DNA of 64,000 bases from a virus. Under the pieces are notes generated by a model. It was not told the DNA's origin. It saw only the letters and a program-made list of their open reading frames with translations, and ran no database searches. Positions 55,767-64,000 of this stretch are shown here, piece after piece. Position 1 is the first letter of the stretch. Every line of letters begins with the position of its first letter. Made by a program: the position numbers and the translations under genes. The stretch lies in IMG/VR virus record IMGVR_UViG_3300020172_003394, positions 1-64,000 of that record; one strand, written 5' to 3'.

Positions 55767-56130
55767 GAAGAAGAAGATATAAATCAATTCTTCCAAAGTA
55801 TTGAAATCAAACCGAAAACGAACAGCAACAGGGATAATTTATGACAACAACACAATATATACGAAGTCAGCAAGGAACAAGCGGTACTATAGTTGTTACT
55901 GCACGCGCAGTAGATCCTGACGGAAGTATTATCGTAGAAACGTATAACATTGCAGTTACTCCAGTACCAAGTGGAGGGCAAACATCTGGAGGCACAAACC
56001 CTCAAAGTGGAGGGCAAGGACCAGGTGAAGGAGAAGATATAAATCAAGTCTTCCAAAGTGGTGAAAATCAAAACTAAAGTGAACAGGAACAGGGATAATT
56101 TATGACAACAACACAATATATAAAAAGTCA
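55767..56130. repeat. imperfect ~100-bp direct repeat (about 55767-55869 and 56027-56130)
   Basis: shared gaagatataaatcaa...aacagggataatttatgacaacaacacaatatata. Confidence 0.85.
55841..56077 (+). CDS. small protein / fragment of an Ig-like domain
   Basis: ORF between the repeat copies. Confidence 0.5.
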   Translation: MTTTQYIRSQQGTSGTIVVTARAVDPDGSIIVETYNIAVTPVPSGGQTSGGTNPQSGGQGPGEGEDINQVFQSGENQN

Positions 56131-56187
56131 AAATGAAATTATTGCTTCTGGTGATAATCGTGACTTTCTTGTAAGATAGTAGAACTT

Positions 56188-59100
56188 ATGGCACTTAACT
56201 CTGGTACGAAATCACTACAGCTTGTAGTTGCTGTATTTGATGCCGATGTTGATCCTGGTGAACGTTCAGTATCACTTGGATTGCAGATTCAACCATACGA
56301 ACCAGTATCGGTTGGGCTTCGGGATGCGTTGATATCTGTATTGACAAATCAAATTAATTCTAAAGTTCGGTCGTATGTAGATAAAGACAGATTCTTAAAA
56401 ACATTAATTAATTTTGGTGAAGATACTCAACGCATTGTCACAAATTGGAAATTAGATCCGAACGACAATACTAAATTATTAATTAAGTTATTATCACCAC
56501 TCGATTTTGATTTGGATGTAGGTAACAGAGTATTCATTAGTCGTGAAGTAGTAAATTCTGTAGTAGATACAGTCAAATTAGAACTTATCCCTCAACCAGA
56601 CACATCCCTCTGGTTAAGACCAAAAAATACAGAAGTTAACAGCTTTAACAGTGATACAGAACTATTAAATATTCATGGGCGCAGAGTAGCCAACCAAACA
56701 CTATCCAGTATAGGAATAGATGTCACTGGATCAGAAGATCAATACGGTGGGTATACATTCAAAAATGATATCTTACGTAAATGGTTTACTGATGATTATA
56801 AGTCTGTAGAATTAAACATAGACTATTCCGATTATGCCAACTTTATAACATATAGTTCTGCAAAGTTACGCTTGGATGCATTTGAACAGAAAATTATAAA
56901 AATTGCAGAGTTGGAAGGTAAATCACGGTTTTATAATACCGATGCAGGTGGTTCTATTTTTGGACAATTCGAAACACTTATCTCTACACCGACAATCGTT
57001 CAATCTGGTGTCACTCAATCACTAGCAAGCCCTGTTGTTATTAATCAATCTGGGTCATTAAGTTTATTAACAGGGTCTTTAGTCAATGTTTTCTCGGTGC
57101 AAGCCCTTCCGTCGGCAGCATTATATTTGGTTGAAGGAGCAAAGGAAGCTGCACTTGAAATTGAAAATGTTATTCGTAGTTTTGATGGATACGAACGTCA
57201 TTTATTCTATAATTCTGGTAGTGCATATAGCGCAAGTGTATATTACCAATTAAACGGTACCGAATATAATCCAGATGGTACATGGCCAAAACAAGACCAA
57301 AATGGAACTTTATACCCACCAGGAAGTCCACAGGTTACTACGTGGTATAACTTACAATCCGCTATAGCACAACGATATGATGATAATAATGTAAATTTGT
57401 TATCAAATGCAATACCACAATATTTGCAAGACGATTTAAATTCACAAGATTTTATTAAATTTACAAAACTCATTGGGCATTTATTTGACTCAATTAAGCT
57501 ATATATTGACCAATTACCGTACATATATGATAGAAGAGTCAATGCTACTGAAGGATTATCGCAAGACTTGATATGGAATGTAGCAAAATCATTCGGATTA
57601 TCACTAACCAATCCAGACTCGGCAGCATCATTATATAGTTTCACAACCGATAATACGACAGTAAAGAAACGAGAACAAGTAACTGAACTGTATAAGAGAT
57701 TTTTACACAACGTACCTTATCTTAATAGAACCCGTGGAACTGCAAATTCATTAAAGGCGTTACTTGGTATTTTTGGTTTAAATGAACAAGTTGTTGGTAT
57801 TCGTGAAACAGAAACAACCTCAACTGGTAGTTTTGAAATATTTGATGAAGTCACCAACGCATTAAACTTTAATACAGGATCATATCTTGTATTGCCGATG
57901 ACGGGTTCTTCGCAACGTGAAACATATACGTTACAATTTAGATTTAATAATGCAACAGATGCAATAACAACACTGGGTGTTGGTGATACCGGAGCACCAT
58001 CTGGTTCGTGGGTTGTAGATTTAGTACCACACCCATCCGCATCGATGGGATCAACTTACGGACGTATTGAAATCAAAGATACTATCGGTGAAGTATTATT
58101 AAGTAGTAGTTATGCAGATATGTTTGATGACGAAGATTATTATGATGTAATGATTCGTTATGATGGGCCAACTGTAACATTAAATGTCGCTTACTCAGAC
58201 GGCGAAGAAATATTGTATTCTTCAAGTATGAGCACAACAGGTTCGTATCTTCGCGACGCTTGGAATGCAACACAAAACTTCTATTTGGGTGGGTCTGGTT
58301 CGCTAAGTACTAACACATTTAATGGATACGTAGATGAAGTTCGTGTTTGGGGAGAACGCGTTACAGACCAACGATTCTATGAACAAGTATTAGATCCAGG
58401 TAGTTTTGTTGGTAATAGTTATACATCACCTGTTGAAAATCTATGGATAAGATTATCATTCCACATTCCTAGAAACTTGGGGGTTGGAAGTATTTCAAAC
58501 GAATCACCGTACAGAAACAAAGATGGTGGTTCTGATCCGGGATTGCCACTTTTACCAAATCTTACAAATGTAATCGCAGTAGGATTTACAAATAAGACTG
58601 CATACCCACTCAGTATGACTCGTGTAAGTAGAAAGATTAAACAATACACGACAAATAATGGTGCATATTCATATGGAAGTAATTCAATTATTATCGCACC
58701 ACCTGCAGTATTTACAGAAGTTGGCACTGGGGGTGAATTAATACTACATAGAAATAAGAGTATTGTTAATAACGAAGCACGTAGACAGCAACAGCAAACG
58801 AAAAAATATCTTGGATTCTTTGTATCACCAACAGACGCCGTTAATAACTTACTTATTCGTTCACTTGGTAATATTGATGTAAAGGCATTGGTGGGAATCA
58901 ATAGTAGATATGAATCAAAATATTCGGAAATTGAACGTTTGCAAAATTATTATAAGCAATACTACAATGCATCGGTCAATATTCCGCAGTTCGTAAGATT
59001 CTTCGATGAATTAGCACCAACTTTATTTGAACAAGCAAGTCAGTTTGTTCCTGCAAAAACTATATTGGCAAGTGGTATAGTAATTGAACCAAATATTCTT

Positions 59101-60825
59101 GAACATAAGAAGTTAGTATTTGAAAAACCAGTTAAATTAAGTGGTGAAAATACTCGTAGAAATAATACATTTACAAGTACAGAAAGAACATATACTCGTG
59201 ATTTTGATATCACATTATCCACGGGAACTACAATTGATATCAGAAGTCGTGAAACGCAAAGTGCGTTCTATACAGATTACAATACTAAACTTAATTTAAC
59301 AGAAACTTCTACAATTCGTGGTGAATCTAATAACTATTTCACCACAACAATAGAAATGATGAGTGAGTCTGGTTCTGGTGAAAATGCAACATATAATGCA
59401 CAGACATTGTTCCTCACATCATCGATGCCAGAAGGGGAAATAAATACTGGATTATCGAACGGTGTAACCATAGAACATGGTGGTGGAACACCATTTGCAG
59501 ATTATCATTATTTTGAAGGAACTGGATTTAATACGATTAACGACAATGGTAGTTTACAAACAACATACGAAGTATTTGACTCCGATATTGATAAATTAAG
59601 TTATATTAAATATCTGCAAACCTATGCAGGATTATCTCCAGACGAAGCACGTGGTGCAGCAGTAGGATACAAACCAGGTAACATTATCAATATTGCTGAA
59701 TTAATTGGGTTGGATGATAGACTAACATATACAAGTGTTATTAATGTCATTCCACCACGAGCAGACCTTGAAGATTATGGTGTAATTAATTATTTTATTA
59801 AAAATAGTGCAATTTACACGTTTGAAACAGTTCGAAAAGAAATTATTGGTAGAAATCAACTTAATTTTCTAACGGGACCATCGGCAACCTGGTCATTTGG
59901 AACTCAATATAATAGAAATGATGTTGTGGTACAGTACGGAGCAACAGGATCGGCTAAAACATCAAACGGTAAACTATTTAGATATATCGCGCAAGATTCA
60001 CCGTCTGTATCATATAATTTTCCATCGCAAGATGGAAACAGATGGGCACCTGTTTTCTACCGTGGGCAAGCGGTTCAATCACCGTTTCGTGTTATCTTCG
60101 ATACAAATAAGTTACAAGGTGATGAATCGGTATTTACATTACCGATTACACGAGTTAATGTCGCTAGACCAACAGTAGCACCAAACAGATATACAACAAG
60201 ATTAACATTTAGAAATTTCTCGGCAAATTCCCGTCAAACTGGTATTATTCGTTTGCAAGCAATTGCCTCACTTCTTTCGGTTGGGATTGGTGTGGGTGAT
60301 ACACCGGCACCAAAAATAAGAGTTCGTTTATATGACAAGGCACAAACCCGTGACGCGGACTTAAATAGACCTTTTGGTATCGAACCAATCGGTGACCATG
60401 GGGTTCTATTAGACATGGAATTTGGAGCTGGTTCTGTTGGTAAAAATATAGGATTATACCCACCAGTTACGTTGATAAATAATGATACTGGTCAGGCATC
60501 TAGTCCAAATATTTATTATACTATAGATGAAGTAAATGGTGTTAATTACTCGGCAGGGTTTATTGTCACCTTTAGATATTTCGCTATCGAAGCACCTATC
60601 GACTTACCAATCGGATATCTACCAAGGCATTACAAGTTCTTCAGAGACACCTTATTAGCAACCAAGCGTAGAAATTCTATAGGATGTCTCCAAACCCAAG
60701 ATACTACAACAGACGGGCGTTCACCAGTAGAGGTCACGTTGACCGCGGGAACCACTCTCACAGTATCACCAAACATTTTACAGGATGAAGAAAACTTTGG
60801 TGGAATTAACTTAAATGTGAACTAA
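56188..60825 (+). CDS. large baseplate/tail protein with LamG-like domain
   Basis: YSSA..RL..F, IPQYL, PYL..TRGT..SLKALL..FG, FNGYVDEVRVW, GIVIEPNILE. Confidence 0.75.
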   Translation: MALNSGTKSLQLVVAVFDADVDPGERSVSLGLQIQPYEPVSVGLRDALISVLTNQINSKVRSYVDKDRFLKTLINFGEDTQRIVTNWKLDPNDNTKLLIKLLSPLDFDLDVGNRVFISREVVNSVVDTVKLELIPQPDTSLWLRPKNTEVNSFNSDTELLNIHGRRVANQTLSSIGIDVTGSEDQYGGYTFKNDILRKWFTDDYKSVELNIDYSDYANFITYSSAKLRLDAFEQKIIKIAELEGKSRFYNTDAGGSIFGQFETLISTPTIVQSGVTQSLASPVVINQSGSLSLLTGSLVNVFSVQALPSAALYLVEGAKEAALEIENVIRSFDGYERHLFYNSGSAYSASVYYQLNGTEYNPDGTWPKQDQNGTLYPPGSPQVTTWYNLQSAIAQRYDDNNVNLLSNAIPQYLQDDLNSQDFIKFTKLIGHLFDSIKLYIDQLPYIYDRRVNATEGLSQDLIWNVAKSFGLSLTNPDSAASLYSFTTDNTTVKKREQVTELYKRFLHNVPYLNRTRGTANSLKALLGIFGLNEQVVGIRETETTSTGSFEIFDEVTNALNFNTGSYLVLPMTGSSQRETYTLQFRFNNATDAITTLGVGDTGAPSGSWVVDLVPHPSASMGSTYGRIEIKDTIGEVLLSSSYADMFDDEDYYDVMIRYDGPTVTLNVAYSDGEEILYSSSMSTTGSYLRDAWNATQNFYLGGSGSLSTNTFNGYVDEVRVWGERVTDQRFYEQVLDPGSFVGNSYTSPVENLWIRLSFHIPRNLGVGSISNESPYRNKDGGSDPGLPLLPNLTNVIAVGFTNKTAYPLSMTRVSRKIKQYTTNNGAYSYGSNSIIIAPPAVFTEVGTGGELILHRNKSIVNNEARRQQQQTKKYLGFFVSPTDAVNNLLIRSLGNIDVKALVGINSRYESKYSEIERLQNYYKQYYNASVNIPQFVRFFDELAPTLFEQASQFVPAKTILASGIVIEPNILEHKKLVFEKPVKLSGENTRRNNTFTSTERTYTRDFDITLSTGTTIDIRSRETQSAFYTDYNTKLNLTETSTIRGESNNYFTTTIEMMSESGSGENATYNAQTLFLTSSMPEGEINTGLSNGVTIEHGGGTPFADYHYFEGTGFNTINDNGSLQTTYEVFDSDIDKLSYIKYLQTYAGLSPDEARGAAVGYKPGNIINIAELIGLDDRLTYTSVINVIPPRADLEDYGVINYFIKNSAIYTFETVRKEIIGRNQLNFLTGPSATWSFGTQYNRNDVVVQYGATGSAKTSNGKLFRYIAQDSPSVSYNFPSQDGNRWAPVFYRGQAVQSPFRVIFDTNKLQGDESVFTLPITRVNVARPTVAPNRYTTRLTFRNFSANSRQTGIIRLQAIASLLSVGIGVGDTPAPKIRVRLYDKAQTRDADLNRPFGIEPIGDHGVLLDMEFGAGSVGKNIGLYPPVTLINNDTGQASSPNIYYTIDEVNGVNYSAGFIVTFRYFAIEAPIDLPIGYLPRHYKFFRDTLLATKRRNSIGCLQTQDTTTDGRSPVEVTLTAGTTLTVSPNILQDEENFGGINLNVN

Positions 60826-60880
60826 AACCAAAGTATAACATATTTATATTAGACAACTTACGTCAGGAGAGGTACAAATT

Positions 60881-61507
60881 ATGGGATATTTAAACAAGTC
60901 AACGATTACAGTTGATGCGGTGTTAACAAAGAAAGGTAGAGAACTTCTATCGAAGGGCAGAAGTGAATTCGAAATCACTCAATTTGCTGTTGCTGATGAC
61001 GAAGTAGACTACACGTTGTACACCACAGCACATCCACTTGGTTCTGCATACTATGGGTCCATCATCGAAGCGATGCCAATTTTGGAAGCTTCTTCTGACG
61101 AAACCCAAGCAATGCGTTTTAAGTTAGTTTCCTTGGATAGAGGCACTAAAGAAATTCCAGTTATTTCTTTGGGTGTATCAGCATACGCACTCAACTATAA
61201 CGATTCGGTTGTTGTAAGTCCAACTACGACCGCAGAACTAGCAACCGCAGGGTATACAGCAATTCTTTATGATGGTAATGTAGCAACCTTGACAACCAGC
61301 CAACCATTGGCGGCAGGAACTACAGTACCATTCTTTAACGTCAACCAACCAACATCTGCAAATGCAGTTGTGGTTCAAGGATTTAGTTTCAATTTGACCT
61401 CGAAAGAACTAACTGTTGACCGTACAACACAATTATCAATTGTAAACAATCTTACTGGCGCAACCAAAACGGTCACCGTTTCTGTGGCTGCTAAGCCAAC
61501 AGTATAA
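60881..61507 (+). CDS. virion structural protein
   Basis: MGYL...ITVDAVLTKKGRELL, FAVADDEVDY.LY; TATTTATA upstream. Confidence 0.7.
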   Translation: MGYLNKSTITVDAVLTKKGRELLSKGRSEFEITQFAVADDEVDYTLYTTAHPLGSAYYGSIIEAMPILEASSDETQAMRFKLVSLDRGTKEIPVISLGVSAYALNYNDSVVVSPTTTAELATAGYTAILYDGNVATLTTSQPLAAGTTVPFFNVNQPTSANAVVVQGFSFNLTSKELTVDRTTQLSIVNNLTGATKTVTVSVAAKPTV

Positions 61508-61521
61508 CAGGGGTTTAATAT

Positions 61522-62646
61522 ATGGCAATTAGAACTTTCGTTCCATTTAATCTTGATGAAGATGTGGTACCAGCAAACCAAACCACAGTAACAACTGGCC
61601 TGTGGTCTGGTGATACTGGTAGTTTAACTACACTTTTTACATCAACCACACAGATTTCTGCAAGTGGTGAATACTACTTTGATGCATTCGATAAAAATCC
61701 AGCAACCGATACTACCGCAGAAGTTCAATTTGCTGTGGCATACGGTCACATTTCTGGTGGTGGTTCTCCAACATTGGCACAAGATGACTTGGCAACACTA
61801 GCAACCAGAGCAACATACTTACAGTATAAAAATATTTTGTTAGACCCATCCGATGATTTATTTACATTTGGCACAAATAGTACAGATCACGTTTACGTTA
61901 TCAATATCCAACGTGCACGTTTAAAGGAACAACTTGACCCAGGTAACTGGCTCTTGACTCTTTCTGGTTCCAACGGTAAGTTTACATTTATTGACGATAG
62001 TAACCAAACATTAAGTGCAAAGTCGAAAACCAGTAAATCTGGTCGTGTATTTAACGTAGCATCGGGTTCACTAACAGGTGTAAGTGGGAGTACCGTCTTA
62101 ACCAGTCAATCCGCAGCAGGTAAGGGATTTGGACTAGTGTTTCCGGATTTGGGTATTATCGTATTAAATCCTGACGCAATCATTCCAACTGTTGGTTTTA
62201 CATCGGCGTCCGGAGGATTTGGTTGTGGTTCAGAACAAGACTTTACGTATAGCACTACTAACCTCGTAGTTCCATTTGGACCATTTACTGGTTCATTAAC
62301 ATCAAACGGTGGTGAAGGTCGTGAACAACGTAACCACGATGGTTTATTACGTTCAATTAAGTTGGGTGGTGATTTCCAAGCACGTTCGGCAGAAACCATT
62401 TCGTCAACACATTATTTTGTTCGTTTAAGAAATAAGGATTTTAACTACACCAATAATCCAACATTCTATAACAATACCAACGGTCAAATCTTGAATGATG
62501 ACTTCGTAGAAGATCCAAGAGTATTTCCAACAAGTGTTGGGTTGTACAACAGTAGAAACGAATTGTTAGCAATAGCAAAACTCAGTCGTCCGTTAGAAAA
62601 GTCATTCGACAAGGAAGCATTAATTCGCGTTCGTCTTGACTTCTAA
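61522..62646 (+). CDS. virion structural (tail/baseplate) protein
   Basis: C-terminal VGLYN..NELLAIAKLSRP motif. Confidence 0.7.
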   Translation: MAIRTFVPFNLDEDVVPANQTTVTTGLWSGDTGSLTTLFTSTTQISASGEYYFDAFDKNPATDTTAEVQFAVAYGHISGGGSPTLAQDDLATLATRATYLQYKNILLDPSDDLFTFGTNSTDHVYVINIQRARLKEQLDPGNWLLTLSGSNGKFTFIDDSNQTLSAKSKTSKSGRVFNVASGSLTGVSGSTVLTSQSAAGKGFGLVFPDLGIIVLNPDAIIPTVGFTSASGGFGCGSEQDFTYSTTNLVVPFGPFTGSLTSNGGEGREQRNHDGLLRSIKLGGDFQARSAETISSTHYFVRLRNKDFNYTNNPTFYNNTNGQILNDDFVEDPRVFPTSVGLYNSRNELLAIAKLSRPLEKSFDKEALIRVRLDF

Positions 62647-62664
62647 TGAACAAAGGGAGGTTCT

Positions 62665-63630
62665 ATGAGAGCAGTAAAACCTCTCGACGCAGATGGATAT
62701 ACTAAAAATGAATACGTAGCGTATGTGTCCCAGAGTTATACAATTACCTCTGGGTCACTTACGAATACGGAACTGGTTACAATAGATTTCGCAAACCAAC
62801 CACCTGATGACTGGAAATATCAACAAACCAGTGATTTTGATTTGGGAGCTTTGAATTCAGGTAGTGGAATATATTCGTATCCGTTATTTAGTTTATTAAA
62901 TCGTGCATTTTATTCTTCACAAGGATTGGTGGAATATGGTACGTCATCTGTAGCCGTCACACAATTTACACCAAGTCAATCGTTATATGTATTTAACATA
63001 GCAAACGCAGCAGTCGGAGAAGGAGTAGGACCGGGTAGTTTTAGCGTTAGAGTTTCAGGTTCTTCTCCAATTGTTGATGATGGGTATGGTCGTTTATATG
63101 TAAATAATACTGGTAGTGTGGTGGGTAATATTTTTTACAAGCATGGTATCGCTATAGTAAAAAATAACATATCAGCACCATCTCAGTCTGTTTCTACAAA
63201 TGGATTAAAACTATCACCGTTTTTGGATGTAACGGTGGCATTTAGTTCATCGTTTACAATTACAGAACACACAATAGTATGTAAATTACGTCCAACCGAA
63301 TTCAACGCATCGTTGTTAAATCATACGGTGGGATATTACAAAGCAGTAACAGGGTCATATGTGTCTGGTTCAGAAACAGTAACATATACAAATTATATAA
63401 CAAATGTTTCTTCATCTGCAAAAGCTTTGTCTGGACAATTAATAACAGAATTGTTTGATGTTGGATTGCAATATAAAAGTGATTCTGTGTCAGGTAGTTT
63501 AACACCATATGTAACAACAATAGGTTTATATAATAGAAATTATGAGTTACTTGCAATTGCAAAACTGGCAAACCCAGTTCCAAGAGCAAAGAACGTAGAC
63601 CAAACTTTTATCGTAAAGTTCGATACCTAA
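62665..63630 (+). CDS. virion structural protein, paralogous C-terminus to 61522-62646
   Basis: PYVTTIGLYN..YELLAIAKLANP. Confidence 0.7.
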   Translation: MRAVKPLDADGYTKNEYVAYVSQSYTITSGSLTNTELVTIDFANQPPDDWKYQQTSDFDLGALNSGSGIYSYPLFSLLNRAFYSSQGLVEYGTSSVAVTQFTPSQSLYVFNIANAAVGEGVGPGSFSVRVSGSSPIVDDGYGRLYVNNTGSVVGNIFYKHGIAIVKNNISAPSQSVSTNGLKLSPFLDVTVAFSSSFTITEHTIVCKLRPTEFNASLLNHTVGYYKAVTGSYVSGSETVTYTNYITNVSSSAKALSGQLITELFDVGLQYKSDSVSGSLTPYVTTIGLYNRNYELLAIAKLANPVPRAKNVDQTFIVKFDT

Positions 63631-63645
63631 TGTGGAGATGGTAAC

Positions 63646-64000
63646 ATGTCAAAGTTAAAAGAATTATTTGAGAGTTCACAATACGCACGATTGAACTCAA
63701 TTCCGGGTGGAAACAAGAATTTTAGTGTTCGTAATCAATCAAACACAGAACAAAGTATTCGACAAGGAAATGCCGTTGATTTCTTTCCAAACACATATCA
63801 AGATGGGTTTGATGTAAACAAACCAAGTCTAAGTGTTCAGGGATTTGCAAAGGCACCTGAAACGCAAACATCCGACTATACAGGTAACCCAACAGGTCAG
63901 GCAACAATTGAAAACAATGCATTTGATTCATACAATCGATTTGCATTAGATGCATTTCGTAATACATACAGTTCAAAGTTAGTTCATAAGTTTTTGGCAA
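63646..64000 (+). CDS. hypothetical protein, truncated by window end
   Basis: GGAG SD, ATG at 63646, no stop seen before the end. Confidence 0.55.
   Translation, partial: MSKLKELFESSQYARLNSIPGGNKNFSVRNQSNTEQSIRQGNAVDFFPNTYQDGFDVNKPSLSVQGFAKAPETQTSDYTGNPTGQATIENNAFDSYNRFALDAFRNTYSSKLVHKFLA

Noticed and set aside
55767-56130. DGR template/variable repeat pair
   Set aside because: Mismatches involve all four bases plus an indel rather than adenines only; no reverse transcriptase in the window
1-64000. Stop-codon recoding (alternative genetic code)
   Set aside because: Known genes are full length in the standard code, TAA, TAG and TGA all terminate genes, and no suppressor tRNA was found

Overview
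This is 64 kb of a large, AT-rich, myovirus-like phage genome using the standard genetic code. It has sigma70-type TTGACA-17-TATATT promoters and clear Shine-Dalgarno sites; lipoprotein and HNH signatures suggest a diderm, possibly Gemmatimonadota-like host (inference). 1-4.5 kb (minus strand): small early-type genes, a DUF262/HNH GmrSD-like nuclease and a 2OG-Fe(II) oxygenase. 4.6-13.4 kb: an envelope/lysis locus with a GH19 endolysin, two CsgG-like proteins, a cohesin/dockerin-like exported protein, a lipoprotein, holin-like proteins, a secreted nuclease, a beta-barrel-like protein, a lipase and an amidase. 13.4-42 kb: auxiliary genes (purA, guaB, speD, uvsE, Hsp20, PspC, glycosyl-, sulfo- and methyltransferases), a tmRNA, and 31 CCA-less tRNAs covering all 20 amino acids. 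Several tRNAs are atypical: long-variable-arm Thr and Cys, Ser-ACU, Ile-UAU, Arg-UCG, and Gly and His with altered D/T loops. Up to six unexplained structured RNAs and several micro-ORFs lie among the tRNAs, including ribosomal-protein-like basic peptides and a metallothionein-like peptide. 42-64 kb: a late sigma factor and a baseplate/tail module. The two best candidates for an undescribed system are the tRNA-punctuated set of novel ncRNAs and the CsgG/cohesin-dockerin envelope module inside the lysis locus. All calls come from motif recognition and manual base-pairing; no database searches were run.
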